The position numbers and the translations under genes were made by a program. Positions 1-12,914 of a stretch of 64,000 nucleotides of DNA are shown here, one piece after another (position 1 is the first letter of the stretch; each line of letters starts with the position of its first letter). The stretch comes from Felis catus. Taxonomy: Eukaryota. The notes under the pieces are model-generated. The model made no database searches and was not told where the DNA came from. It worked only from the letters and a program-made list of their open reading frames with translations. The stretch lies in contig NC_058368.1 of assembly GCF_018350175.1 (NCBI RefSeq), forward strand, positions 38,442,001-38,506,000, in the 5' to 3' direction.

Positions 1-23
1 GTACACACACACACACACACACA

Positions 24-230
24 GAGATATTACACAGCCACAAATAAGGATAAAATTGTGCCATTTGCAACAACATGTATACACCTAGAGGTTATTATGC
101 TGAGTTAAAGGAGTCAGAAGACGAATACCATAGGATTTCACTCACATGTGGAATCTAAAAAAAAACTGAACAAACAAACACAAAACAGAATCAGACCTAT
201 AAACAGAACAGACTGATGGTTGCCAGAGGG
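24..230 (+). mobile_element. L1 (carnivore-type) ORF2 end/3' UTR fragment
   Basis: ccatttgcaacaacatg...ctagagg.tattatgctgag...tttcactcacatgtggaatctaaaa...gatggttgccagaggg is typical of L1 3' ends; preceded by (CA)n. Confidence 0.85.
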
Positions 231-324
231 AATTTAACATTGTTTTTTATATTTCTATTAGCAGTGCTTATTTGAAGTTTTAATTAATCAGAGTTTTTCA
301 ATGCCCATCACTTAAACATTCTCT

Positions 325-403
325 ACACCCAACATGAGGCGCAGATTCACAACTCCAAGATCAAGTGTGGCATCCTCTACCAACTGAACCAGCTGGGCAC
401 CCC
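325..403 (-). mobile_element. Can-SINE, old/partial
   Basis: Ends in caactgaaccagctgggcacccc, the reverse complement of the tRNA-derived SINE head. Confidence 0.75.
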
Positions 404-420
404 TAGATGGAACCATTAAA

Positions 421-452
421 ATTTTTTTTAGTATTTATCTTTGAGAGAGAGA

Positions 453-488
<36 letters not shown>

Positions 489-560
489 GTGAGTGGAGGA
501 GGGGCAGAGAGAAAGGGCGACACAGAATCTGAATCAGGCTCCAGACTCTGAGCTATCAAC
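421..560 (-). mobile_element. Can-SINE (SINEC_Fc-like), 3' part with (CA)n expansion
   Basis: T-rich tail, (GA)n/(CA)n, ggggcagagaga...cacagaatctgaa.caggctccag.ctctgagct; head absent. Confidence 0.85.
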
Positions 561-1574
561 TCAATAAAAGAGCCATCAGTTATTCTGCCAATGATACTAC
601 CCTAAATATACTAGTAGTGTAATTCTTACTGATAGAACAATACTATGAGGGAAAGAAGAGATCAAGACTCGTTTTAATAGTAAGCTAATAAAGCAAAAAC
701 CCTGAGGCAACAAGTGAGGAAGGCAGGTCTGTATGTGCTGACAGAAACAAGGCTGGATTTATTTTCCCTAGAGAGTTGGTGAAGCTTAGCCCACATAAGG
801 AGCAGTGTGGCTAATAAGGAGAGACTGGCTGAGAGGGAGCAGGGAAGGCAGGAAATGGTGGTCTCACAGATAATCAGTTTCATGGGGAGGAATTCATGGC
901 GTATGCTCTAGTGCCTTTGCAGTCTGCTGGAATCATGACCAAGTACTCCCTCTACCACCACCTGGAAAGAAAATGTACTAGAGACAGAGCTATTATATCA
1001 AATAGAGGATGTGCAGTTCAATCTGCATACAGGATCAACAATTTTTTAAATATATGTCCCAAATATCAAATGGGATATATTTTTATTTTTTAAGAAAAAT
1101 CCACGGTGTTTGATTCATCTTTAAATGACATACTACATTTTTATTGCCAAAATCTTGACCATCATACATGTTCTCACAGTACCCAGAGGACAAGTCAAGG
1201 CAAGCTCAAAATTCTGTTGTGGAATAAAGGCAAAAAATAGTCCACTCATCTCTTCTTGGGGTTGAACTGAGCATTTAGAGCCCCCACAACTGTGACAAGA
1301 GGAAGGGGTTGAGTACTCCTGCTGCAACTGTATAATTTTCCCTAATAAATACATTGCAAAGGGGTAAAAAGTATTTTCCTCATTTCCAATTAAAACTATC
1401 TCAAGTTGAGATATAAAACTTCATCTGACTCTCTTGGGGAAGAGGGAGCAGTTAACATTTTCTAAACTCAAGTCAATGTCTCACATTCCGAAATTTGCTT
1501 TAGTTGATTTACATTCTCCCTATCATTTTTCTAGAAGTGAAATAAGAATTTCTTCAGATCCTTATCTATACGGA

Positions 1575-1650
1575 TTTTTTTTTTTAGTAGGCTCCACACT
1601 AGGCTCTGTCCAGTGCTAGGCTTGACCTCACCACCCTCAGATCAAGACCC
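1575..1650 (-). mobile_element. Can-SINE fragment
   Basis: poly-T followed by gtaggctccac...ggcttga.ctcac.accct.agatcaagacc. Confidence 0.7.
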
Positions 1651-2210
1651 TGTTCTTGGTCTTAATGCCTTTGGGTGTAGATGCAGCTGTTTATTTTAAA
1701 TTATTAATACTATCCACTCAAAAGTACTGAATTCCAATCTCACTTAACTGTTAAAAAATTCTGTTTCACTCTAAGCTCTCCTCAAAGCACCCAAATGTAT
1801 TGATTTGAGGAGTATTTGGAAGGTTTTCCTTATTTGAAAAAAAAAACTTGTGTATCAGCATATTTCTGAGATTTGGGGGGCTCCAAATTTATATACTTTT
1901 CATAGCATAGCAATAAATGTAATTTCAAGCTATTAAAAATTTGGGGGACATACATGGTAGTGATTGACAAAATCCCATGTGGTTCTACAGAAAAAGTACA
2001 TGATTCTTACACATCAAGTCGATTAGAGCTAATTCACTGTGGAAAAATTGTTCAGATTATCTCTTGAAACAAATCTAGTCATGCACCACTGACATAGATC
2101 TGCTTCCATTAATGACTATTCTGGCTATGAAGATGAACAACATGCTTTCATCTGAGAAAATTATAAGGGCAACTGCTGTGTGTTTAAATCCATCATAGGC
2201 TTCCTGGAGG

Positions 2211-2520
2211 CATAGCAATTAGAAATGGAAAAGGACTGTTTGGTCATCTCCCCCATCTTTCCATCTAGGCAGGCTTTTATCCTTGAGTAAATTCTCTAGG
2301 GCTTTGTCTAATCTACTTTTACATAACTCAAATGGAAAACTTGGAAGACTTTACCATAGTCTAAAAGATCTTGCTGCTGGGAATTATTATAATGATAATA
2401 AGCATGCTTTTGCTCTGCTTAATTCCCTACTACTTTTCTCTCTGCCTCCTGGGAACAACCTTGAGCAATTCCATACATGTTCCCCTCCCCCTTGGTGGGC
2501 CACCGTTCAAATAATCACAA
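2211..2520 (-). mobile_element. CR1/L3-family LINE 3' end relic
   Basis: catag.aattaga.atggaaaag...ggtcatct...attctctag.gctttgtcta.tcta.tttta...cttggaagact...catagtctaa.agatct resembles the antisense 3' end of mammalian CR1 as I recall it. Confidence 0.55.
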
Positions 2521-3799
2521 GTGTTGATTAAATGTGTTAGGTTGAGCGTGATCAAGTTTGGAAAAAATGATTTGGATATCTTTTAGCAACTCTAGGTCTG
2601 CCAATCCTTCTAGCATCTTTGAAATTAATGAGAAACCTAACAGAGGAAGATGAACCTCTAGTAAAATAAAGAATTAATAATCATCATTACAAGAGCTCTT
2701 TTGAACGTTTGAGGTTTTCATCCAGGCAAATGTTAGTGATTTGTTAAAGATATGAAAAAATATGAAATATGTCAAGAATATCTTCAGAAGCATCTCTGTT
2801 TCCATTTATGCAATTAGCTGCTCTAGCTTCCCAGGACTTTTGCTATTTATTTACTGCCAGCTGCTTTTCCAAAGTGATTTTTGTCCAAAACCTCTCTCTT
2901 CCCAACGATAAAGTCCTCCGTCTATAATAAACAACCCACTTAATAGCTGCTTTGTGGGTTGCAGCAATATGTTCAGACCAAATTGATATTGAATGACAAT
3001 ACCAATCTTCTAAGAAACATTTACATTTGAATATAATCATGACAATTTTAATTCCATTAAACAATAATCTAAGAAATCTAGGCACGACAGAATTCCTAGA
3101 ATTAGTATTAGTATCACTAAAATGAAAATTCTTTGAGGATAATTTTGTTTCTCTAATACAGTCCTAGTTCCTAGATTCTTGCATTTAAGTTCAATGGATA
3201 AAAAGTTTTTCTTTCAATAATTCAAATCACCATGGGTAGGGCAACTGAAGACAATACCACTTACTGCTTTACATTAGATCATTGATTGAAGAATTTTTCT
3301 TGAGTCAACATAGTTATCTGCTCATTATTCACACATTAATGTTTCAGTATGGTATCAGGCTTTATTGTGAGAAGGGAGTAGCTATGAAAATCCAATAGGG
3401 GTGCAAGGCGAAGAATTTCCTGTTAGTATGTGTTATATAGTCTTAATATTACAATTGAGAATTAGAAGAAAATAGAGCATCTCTAGAGAAATATCTTGGT
3501 CTGCTTAAAAGGTAATGCACATTTCTAAATGATCTGACTTGTTAGTATGTAATTGTGTATAGTAACCTGTTATCACACTATGTATTTCTGTGGTTTTTGG
3601 TTGTATGGTTTTCTCTTCCATTTCTTATTTTGGTTTTCGAGTCTTCTTTTTTCCATAGTTAATGTTGTTAAAGCATTGCCAATTTTTTTTTTAACTGGTC
3701 ATTACTTTAAATGTTATGCTATTGTTTATTCTGGTCTGTTTCTATTTTTTTTGTTGTTGTTGTTATTTCCTTCCTCTGCTAAATTTCAGCTAAGTTTCT

Positions 3800-4240
3800 T
3801 TTTTCTAGTTCCTTGTGATGTAGTGTTGTTTTTGAGGTGTTTTTCATAATATAAGCATTAACAGCATAAATTTTGTTATGGGATGTAGCAAAAGCAGATG
3901 TCATAGGTTTGGGGATATTATGTTTTGTTTTCAGATATACTTTGATTTGCTGTTTGATTTCTTATTTGGTCCACTGCTTGTGCAGTAGTGTGTTCTTAAA
4001 TATTTACATATTAAATATTTAATATTTACATTGTAGATTCAAGCTTTGTTTTATTATGTATCTGTAGTTTTATACCATTATGGTTGGAAAATATACCTGG
4101 TAGCTTTTTAGTCTTCTTAAATTTATAATATGTTAGGTCTCTTTTTACGTGATTTTACCAGGGGATTCTTCAGTGTGCTCTTGAAGAAAATGTGTATTCT
4201 ATTTTTCTTGGACGGAATGTTTTATATGTAACTTTTAGAA
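3800..4240 (-). mobile_element. Old L1 ORF2 (endonuclease region) fragment
   Basis: gttttataccattatggttggaaaa, gtgtgctcttgaagaaaatgtgtattct and gga.ggaatgttttatatgt are antisense L1 ORF2 signatures. Confidence 0.75.
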
Positions 4241-4251
4241 CCATGTATTTT

Positions 4252-4350
4252 GGGGGCACCTGGCTGTCTCAGTTGGACTCATGATCTCAGAGACATGAAT
4301 TTGAGCTCAACATTGAGTACGGATATTATTAAAAAAAATAGATTTAAAAT
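4252..4350 (+). mobile_element. Short old Can-SINE
   Basis: ggggcacctggctg.ctcagttgg head, A-rich tail, imperfect TSD accatgtatt(t/c)tg. Confidence 0.75.
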
Positions 4351-4443
4351 TTCAAAGAAAGACCATGTATTCTGAAGTAGACTTCAAGTAAAAAATGTCC
4401 TTGTTGGAAATAACAAAGTACTCATTTAAAATAAAGCACATCA

Positions 4444-4663
4444 GGGGCGCCTGGGTGGCGCAGTCGGTTAAGCGTCGGACTTCAGCCAGGTCACGATCTC
4501 GCGGTCCGTGAGTTCGAGCCCCGCGTCGGGCTCTGGGCTGATGGCTCAGAGCCTGGAGCCTGTTTCTGATTCTGTGTCTCCCTCTCTCTCTGCCCCTCCC
4601 CCGTTCATGCTCTGTCTCTCTCTGTCCCAAAAATAAATAAACGTTGAAAAAAAATTTTAAAAA
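4444..4663 (+). mobile_element. Young full-length SINEC_Fc
   Basis: Intact A/B boxes, many CpGs retained, (CT)n linker, A tail, perfect 17-bp TSD taaaataaagcacatca (4427-4443/4664-4680). Confidence 0.97.
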
Positions 4664-4680
4664 TAAAATAAAGCACATCA

Positions 4681-4850
4681 GAGGGGAGGTAGGCTGGGAA
4701 ATTGGGTGAAATAGGTGAAGGGGATTAAGAGTACATTGATCATGATGAGCACTGAGTAATGATGTGCAGAATTGTTGAATCACTATATTGTACACCTGAA
4801 ACTAATAGAACACTGTATGTTAACCATAATGGAATTAAAATTAAAAAACT
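4681..4850 (+). mobile_element. L1 (carnivore) 3' terminus
   Basis: gggtgaaataggtgaaggggattaagagtac...gatgagcactgagtaatg...ttgttgaatcactatattgtacacctgaaactaata...A tail. Confidence 0.9.
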
Positions 4851-4956
4851 TAAGAGGTAATATACAATGTAAAGTGAGAATTTTCTAATTAAATTTATCC
4901 AATAGCAAAGTAGATCTTAACAGAGAAGTCATCAACTCATTGACATCATGGTTCAG

Positions 4957-5152
4957 TGTTTTTTTTTAATATTTATTTTGAGAGAGAGAGACAGAGAGAG
5001 CACATGAGTTGGGGGGGGGGGGAGGAAAAAGAGAGAAGAGAAAGAGATTCTCAAGCAGATGCTGGGTTCGACCCCATGAACCAGGAAGGAGATCATGACC
5101 GGAACTGAAATCAAAAGTCTGACACTTAACCACTGAGCCACCCACATGCCCC
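4957..5152 (-). mobile_element. Can-SINE
   Basis: Antisense SINE body; TSD catggttcag (4947-4956/5155-5164). Confidence 0.92.
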
Positions 5153-6699
5153 AACATGGTTCAGCTTTCCATCTTAACCAAAAGAAGCTTATGAAACACA
5201 ATGTTATTAGCTGACTAAAGAGGGGATTTTCTAGGCCTGGTGCTAGGTACTCAAAGTAAGTTAACGGTTATGCTCTCTTGAGGCAAGAGCTTTAAAAAGA
5301 GAACTGGTGACTGTCAAAAGTGACAAACAGAAATTGAACTTTATATCACATTACATTTTTTCTTAAGAAAAAAGAACTACATTCAAAGCAATCTTATGTG
5401 TTCTGCTGTATTTGAGAAATTAAATGTAAAATAGCACATGGATTTTCACTCATTTTATTTACAAAGAGACACGTTCAAAGAAAGGACATTCAAAATAAAA
5501 ATTCATTTTAGCAGTCATAAAGTTTTATAGCTATTGTCAAAATCATAAGACTTAAAATGGGAAGCTGTTTTATGTTCAAACTATAGCTACGTTTGATCAA
5601 TTAGGATTTATAGAGATGGAAATCAGTTTCTTTTATTTCTGCCACTAAGAAAAATGTGCATGAATTTTTATAATAGAATCTGTCAGTTGTCCTAAGTGCT
5701 GACCATCTCACTTAGACTGTTGAGAGCAGGATGGGGAAATTTTCCTGTCAAAGCATTCATAGTGATAGGGTAGGATTGGAAGACTATTACTAATGTCATG
5801 GGCAATGATTAAAAAAAGCTCCAGGTTTAATCCCTTCTGGCTTTATTGAAAGAACTACCAAAGTGACATAGTGTCTTAACCCACAGGCAGATTTATTAGG
5901 GTAGAAATCTCTCTTGCTTTGTATTTAATTAGCTTAGTCTGTGGAGGGAACCTGGTAGCAGGGAAATTTCTCACTCTGACACAAAACATTGAACAATGAA
6001 CCATACTTCAAGCTAGTAAAAGAGAGGCAAGGACATTCTAATAAATTAAAGACTAAGGAGAAAATATGGCCATCAGATCATATCTTTAGAACAAGAACCT
6101 ATCCCCATGTCTTTATCACTTAATTCAAAAGCTTCTGTTTGCCTGATTTGGCTTGGCACACTAACTGGGAAAACAGGATAAATGGTAGCACATGGGATCA
6201 TGTGATCCAACTTGTTACCAACTCAGTTATGAAAAATTGACCATAGTTTAATTGGGACATGTCATTACTGAATTACAACACCAGCAATAAAACAAAACTG
6301 AATTTTATGTATCAAAAAGATATAAAAATTTGATTAATAAAGAAAAATAAATGAGGCGACCATGCAGATTCTTCTTTGGTTCATCAAGAAAATTAATAAG
6401 TTTTAGTCAATTAATCAAGATCCTAAGTCAGGAGACTTTGTTCAGTACATACCAGGAAAAGATATATAAGGTTAAAAGTGATAATCTGTAATATTGAAAA
6501 AGATAGATTTAACAGATTTTTTTTTATCATGTTATCTCAGAAACTTCTTGTCATCTCAGTGTACTTGTGGAAGAATTCATCTTTTGAATCACTAGCAAAT
6601 GTAAGTATTTTAAGCATTTGGGAAGCAAAAAACTCCAAACACCAAAAAACAATAAACAAACAAAAAAACAAAGTGAAAGAAAAACCCTGAACAGTAATA

Positions 6700-7890
6700 C
6701 TACTCAGAATCCATCTAAGAGATACAAGATTTAAAAAGTCACCACATATTGAGCAAAATTGAAGAAGACATAAAAAAGTGGATAGATTCAAGGCAACTTC
6801 AACTAAAATCTCAGCAGAGTTTATGCAATGGACAAGCTCTATTTTTCTAGCTTTAAGCGCCAGAGAAAAAACAGCCAAGAAAATTAGAACTTATTTTTAG
6901 GAATTTTTAGTACAATGTATCAAGATATCATAAATTCATAATTAAGAGAGTCTGCTATTGCATCAAGAGTAACAAACCAATGAAACAAAACCAGGAGGGA
7001 ATAAAGGAAAAATCTTTGAACACCTTTATCAAAACCCAAACAATTCATGGAAATCAACGCAGGTGGATTAAAGATCTTAAGATGAAAAAAGTTTCTAAAG
7101 GATAACAGAGAAAATATTCATAGAATGAGACTGGTGAACATTTTTTTTTTTCAAACAGGCAAACGAAAAAACCAAAACCAAAACAAAAAAACAACCCTAA
7201 GTTGGGCCATGTTTATATTAAGGATTCCTTTTTCAAAAAGCGATATCATTAGAGTATCCTAAAGGCAAATTAGAGAATGTCTTATACAACAGAGATCGTT
7301 AGATATAAGTGTTATGAAAATAAATACTACAATAAGATGGCTATATATGCCCAAATCACTAAACTTAAAGACAGAAAATGCTAAGTGCTGGCAAGGTCAT
7401 GGAGTAACTGAAAACTAATACTCTGCTAGGGAAAAGCTGTTTGTAGTATCTACTATGAGCAGAACATTTGCAAATCTTACAAAGAAGCATTTCTATTCCT
7501 GAGTAGATGACATAAATCTCTGTATTTGTATAACAACAACAAAGAACCTTGATGAGAAAATTCAAAGCAGAACTATTTGTAACAGCCCCAACTAACTACC
7601 CAGTAACAGTAGAATAAACACTACCATTTCTCCACCAGTAGAATGGAGACTTCACAAATATTAACAAAACACTCCTGCCTGCCACAATCCGGATGACTCT
7701 TACAAACATAGCATTGAGCAAAATAATCCAGACAGAAAAGATTACCTACTTAGAATCCATTTACATAATGAACAAAATCAGACCCAAAAAACAATTTCGA
7801 AGGAGTGAGCTAGGACTTACCTTTAGGTAAAGGAGGCAGCTACTGCTTTAAGAGGACTTCTCAGAACCAGGATGGCTCTGGGTTCTGATA
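6700..7890 (+). mobile_element. Ancient L1M/L1ME-like ORF2 end and 3' UTR
   Basis: A-rich; ggtggattaaagatct, aagtgctggcaagg..atggagtaactg, gca.aactatttgtaacagcccca, ggatga.tct.acaaacata..attgagcaaaa; boundaries approximate. Confidence 0.7.
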
Positions 7891-8346
7891 ACATCCCCCT
7901 TCCCAGCCGTAATATTTACATGGAAGAAAAAAGTTTACCTACCTTTAAGGTGGTATACAGGAGAGAAAACACCATGCCATGAAGAACAAACACCATACCA
8001 GTCACTCATCGCTCGGGATATGTATAATGAAAGAAACAAGCCTTAGCAAGGTCAGATGAGCTCAGCTTGGAGAATCTCTCAGATCTGAGGTTCCTTTTTT
8101 AGTGGTCATTACCTGGCTCACATGTACTCAATCAATCTGTTATTACTAAGCCATCTCAGCTGCCAGTACAGATGCTTGGTTTGGTAGATCAGCTTGGAGT
8201 TGGTCATAAACTCTCAACAATTAGACTTTAATAATTCAAGGAGGATTCGGCCAAAGGTCAAAGTCTTAGACTTCCCTGAGGCTAGAGAAAAGGCCATCTA
8301 TTTGTCTGTCTTTTCCATTTATACTTTAGTTTTAAAAAATTACTTA

Positions 8347-8550
8347 GGGGCACCTGGGTGGCTCAGTCGGTTAAGCGTCTGGCTTCGGCTCAAGTCATGG
8401 TCTTGTAGTTCGTGGGTTGGAGCCCCACGTCGGGCTTGGTGCTGACAGCTCAGAGCCTGGAGCCTGCTTCAGATTCCGTCTCCCTCTCTCTGCCCCTCTC
8501 TCACTTGTGCTCTCTCTCTCTCTCTCTCTCAACAATAAATAAACATTAAA
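8347..8550 (+). mobile_element. Can-SINE (SINEC_Fc-like)
   Basis: ggggcacctgggtggctcagtcggttaagcgtc head, (CT)n, aataaataaacatt tail. Confidence 0.95.
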
Positions 8551-8833
8551 AAATAACTAAATAAAAACATTTTATGCTACATGTTACTTAAAAATTACTA
8601 TTTTTTTTCTTAAAATGGTTTTACTTATTTTGGAAATCAATAGTCCCAACTCTAAACAACTAAATTGATTCTTTTTTGTTGCATAATTCAGATTACCATT
8701 AAAGATATGCAATTTTTATTGGCTATAAGCTAGTAATAAAATATTTTATTTTGAAATAGAAAGAAAAGTATTGTAATATTTGGTCTGAAAAAATTTTTTC
8801 TATCAACTTTCTTTGATAAACTGTATGTAACAT

Positions 8834-9039
8834 TTTTCTTAACGTTTATTTATTTTTGAGACAGAGAGAGACAGAGCATGAACGGGGGAGGGTCAGAGAG
8901 GGAGACACAGAATCTGAAGCAGGCTCCAGGCTCTGAGCCGTCAGCACAGAGCCCGACGCGGGGCTCGAACTCACAGACCGTGAGATCATGACCTGAGCCG
9001 AAGTCGGCCGCTTAACTGCCTGAGCCACCCAGGCACCCC
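8834..9039 (-). mobile_element. Can-SINE (SINEC_Fc-like)
   Basis: Full antisense body; TSD ctgtatgta(a/g)cat (8821-8833/9039-9051). Confidence 0.96.
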
Positions 9040-9879
9040 TGTATGTAGCATATTTAAGAGGCTACAGTTACTGAGATGTGTATATAGTGTAACACTCTTT
9101 AGTATATAACCATTTTATAGTATCTAATTGGATTGGTTAGAAAATTCTTACTTTAAATATACTTTGTAAAACAACATACTTTGCAATTGTCTACAGAAAA
9201 TTCACACATTTTTTAACTAAATACCTAGCTGTACACTGCCATAAAATATTTTTTTTTTAATAATAGGAAACCTTCAATATTCATCGAGAGTTGCTTATTT
9301 TGCATCCCACAGACCTGGAAAGTTCCTTCTTTGTCTCTGGCCTTCTTCCCTAGGCTTAATTGATTTAGCACTTACCCCTAAGTTGTCCAGGTGAATGACA
9401 TTGTATTCCAGATGCTTCTTCTCTATACCAGTTAGTTTGTTAATATTGTTCCGGCTTCCCTTCTGTTTAGTACCTTCTTGCATTTACAGAAGTACCACGT
9501 TTTCATAATACATTATATAATGACTCTATACTTTGTCTCTCTTTCTTTTTCCAAGTATCTGTCATGTTTTACTTGTCTGATGTTACTATACAGCAAATGC
9601 TGTGGGAAAGAGGAGAAAGGAGGTGTGAGAAGGGAAAGCAAGAAATTTGGAGAAGGGAGAGATGTCAAAGCATGTTCATATATTAAAATAAAATTTATTC
9701 TCATAAAGAAAATAGCCACAGGAGAATCAGCAATATTTATCTTTGTTTTTTTTTTTTGGTTATGATAGGTCAATATAATTTTGTTCATTTATTTTATATA
9801 CATTTCTCATTTCTTTCAAATATTATCTTTGAAGATGTATCATATACCTAATGCTTTTTTATTTTTATATTTTTTGGGT

Positions 9880-10204
9880 TTTGTTTTCTTTTTTTTTTTA
9901 ATATAACTCACTGTCAAATTGGCTGACATAAAGTCTGTACAGTGTGCTCTTGGTTTGGGGGGTACATTCCTGTGATGCATCACTTACATACAACACCCAG
10001 TGCTCATACCAACAAGCACCCTCCTCAATGCCCACCACCCATTTTCCCCTCTCCTCCAGCCCCCTCAACCCTCAGTTTGTTCTCTGTATTGAAGAGTCTC
10101 TTATGGTTTCCCTCCTTCCCTCTCTGTTTGTAACTATTTTTTCCCCTTCCCTTCCCCCATGGTCTTCTATTAAGTTTCTCAAGTTCCACATATGAGTGAA
10201 ACAT
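9880..10204 (-). mobile_element. L1 (feline/carnivore) 3' UTR, 5'-truncated
   Basis: poly-T then cagtgtgctcttggttt...cacttacatacaacacccagtgctcat...aaccctcagtttgttctct...aagagtctcttatggttt...ttccacatatgagtgaa. Confidence 0.92.
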
Positions 10205-10360
10205 GTATTTTTTTAAGTATATTTATTTATTTTGGTGGGGGGCGGGGCAGAGAGGGAGAGAGAATCCCATCAGCACAGAGTCCAATATGGGACTCCAACC
10301 CACGAACCACGAGATCATGAGCAGAAGTGGGACACTTAACTGAGCCACCCAGGTGCCCCC
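10205..10360 (-). mobile_element. Can-SINE with internal deletions
   Basis: Ends in ctgagccacccaggtgcccc; TSD ctaatgctttt also brackets the adjacent L1 piece. Confidence 0.9.
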
Positions 10361-10391
10361 TCTAATGCTTTTCTAAAAATACACTTACTTT

Positions 10392-10615
10392 GGGGCACCT
10401 GGGTGGCTCAGTCAGTTAAGCGTCCTACTCTTGCTATCAGCTCAGGTCCTGATCTCACAGTTCGCGGGATCAAGCCCACATCAGGCTCTGTACTGACTGA
10501 GGAGCCTGCTTGGGATTCTCTCTCTCCCTCTCTCTCTTTGCTCCTCCCCCACTCATGCTCTCTCTATCCCTCTCTCTATCCCTCTTAAAATAAATAAATA
10601 AACATGTTTAAAAAT
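10392..10615 (+). mobile_element. Can-SINE
   Basis: ggggcacctgggtggctcagtcagttaagcg head, (CT)n, A tail; head-to-head with the previous SINE. Confidence 0.94.
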
Positions 10616-12698
10616 CACTAAAAAAGACATAAATTTACTTTTAGTTTAGAACTGTGTTTAAAATTGACATTAATCATTTCATGATAATTTTACAATATTA
10701 AAATTTCAAATCTGAGCATTTGGATACTGAATCTCTTTTATCTGATTTCCCTGCTAATACTTCTTTTTTCTTGCAAACTTTTCTTTCTTTCATACCTTAA
10801 CTACCACAAGGTTAGGCTTACAGGGAAAGTTACAAGACAGCAGATTGGTGACTATGTAAAGTTGAAGGAGAGGCCATGGAATTCATTTAGTCCAGCATAA
10901 TTTAATAATTTCATGAGCTTAACATAAAGATACAAATGTGAGCTTCAGCTTCACCTGTACTCTTTCTACTCTTGTCTGCCACACTCTTGAAAACACTTAT
11001 TCAAACACATACCCTCCATTTGACTAAGAACTTATAGAAGTTTATTAAATAAGAGATAAGTGTAACAAGAGGTGAAGGTAATTGAATGAATTCACCATTA
11101 AATGGAAAAGCTAGAAGCAGGTCCATATACATACTGACTGAATTGCAGTGAAAATCTAATTTTTAGTTCTCCATATTAATCCTGACACTGTTGTACCAGC
11201 ATTAGGATTGGTAGAATTCTTCATATTAAATGATTCTCCCAATATCCCATCAGAAAACATTCTTCTTCAGTCCAGGTAAGGAAAGATAGATTAAGCATAC
11301 CACTTTTTCTTCTTTCTTCTTGGTATTATCACTTTAAGATAGGAAATATTTTGTATTACTTACCTACTTCTTAAAATAATATTGCAATATTTTTCTTCTA
11401 CATTTAACTTTTTAATTTTACTTTTATGAAAAGTCAAGTCTACTAAAAAAAACTGGATATACTTTATCTCTTATTTTTGATCATTTGAAGATCTGACATA
11501 GTATTTAGAAGGAATTATTTAGTAGGAATATCAAACCTTTGCCTTGAAAGTTCAAGCTCACTTTGATATGTGCATAGATCGAAAATATCCACAAAAATCA
11601 AATACTGCAAATGATTCATCTTGTTATGTTTAAATGAAGATGTGCATATACTTTAAACTAAACTGAAACCTAAACAAAATATTCAGTGACCCCATCAACT
11701 TAAATTTTATAGGGCTTAAATAGTTGTTTGTAGAACAGGTAATAAAGTGAAAATGTAGGTAGAGAATGAGTATAAAAATTAGCATGGTAAGTGTTGTATC
11801 TTCATTATACGTATTGAGATAAATCATATGGGAAAATAGTATTAGGAGGTAACAAAAGTATCAAAATGTATTAAAACTCTGTTTTTGTTCTGTGATTTTT
11901 GTATCAGTACTAGAAAAAAATAAAATTACTTCAAAATCTTTAGAAACTTGAAATTTTCCCCACTAAATTTGACCTTCATGATAATTTGGATCTCATAGGT
12001 AAAATATTTAAACACATCTACATAGAAAACTCTAAAAGCAAATTTTCTTATTTTTTCCCTATATCAATAATTTGTAAATGAAGCAAATTTATAAAAACAA
12101 CATGATGATATTTTAAAAATTGACTAAAATAATCAACTTTTACTTATATTTTAATTGGACAAATGTAGACCAAAACTGTTTTTATCCTCTAAATTTATTG
12201 TGCTATATAACTTTCATTCTTATGATGCATGTAAGAATAGTCTAGTCAGATTTTTGTTATTTTTTTCATTTGTTAGATTTAGAATCATTAAGAAATCAGT
12301 TTAATTTTATATTCAAATATAAAATTATTTTTGATTATCATTGATTTTCAGAATTAATAGGTTCAAAAAATATTTTCAAATTCAAGTACTGAAAAAGAAA
12401 CATATTTCCCCTAAATCTCAAATAGGTGGAAAATGTATCACTTTTATAAACTTTATCATTAATAACCTTTTTAAAACATTCATCTATTTTTCATTTTCTT
12501 TATGATTTCTAAATTTTTCCCACTTAACTGTCATTAAAGAATGCTTCTAAAAATGTAATCTTTTCTGTCTTGTAGTGAATTGGTTAAATGTCTTAATACT
12601 TATAGAATTTTATTTAATATTATAAAAGCTGATGAAAGAGTCTCCATTGACAGGTTTAACTCCCCAACATAGTTATACTTAATAAATTAAAAAGATGA

Positions 12699-12914
12699 GG
12701 GGTATCTGACTGGCTCATTCAGTTAAGTGTCCGACTCGATTTTGGCTCAGGTCATGAGCTCAGGGTTCATGGGATGGAGCCTCACATAGGACTGTGCTGA
12801 CAGCACAGAGCCTGCATGGGATTCTCTCTCTCCTCTCTCTCTCTGCTCCTCCCCTGCTCCTTCTCTCGCTCTCCCTCTCGCTGTCTCAAAAATAAATAAA
12901 TGATCTTTAAAAAA
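12699..12914 (+). mobile_element. Can-SINE
   Basis: SINE body; TSD aaaaagatga (12689-12698/12915-12924). Confidence 0.93.

Noticed and set aside
4444..4530. tRNA-like A/B boxes in SINE heads as tRNA genes
   Set aside because: They are the tRNA-derived heads of Can-SINEs, followed by (CT)n and A tails
4352..4795. Longest ORF (147 aa)
   Set aside because: Antisense read-through of an L1 3' end and a SINEC_Fc; the RETEHERGRGRERGRHRI motif recurs at other SINEs
24..4850. L1 piece ending at ttgccagaggg (230) seems to continue at gaggggagg (4681), as if one L1 were split by 4.4 kb
   Set aside because: The intervening DNA contains much older elements (CR1, old L1), no TSD supports it, and the pieces look like different subfamilies
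9369..9490. Minus-strand ORF with a GGG|GTAAGT donor
   Set aside because: No polypyrimidine acceptor and no recognisable peptide; such donors are common in 64 kb
11260..11282. Possible 5-nt microexon ttcag|tccag|gtaagg
   Set aside because: Short pyrimidine tract, not frame-preserving, no other support
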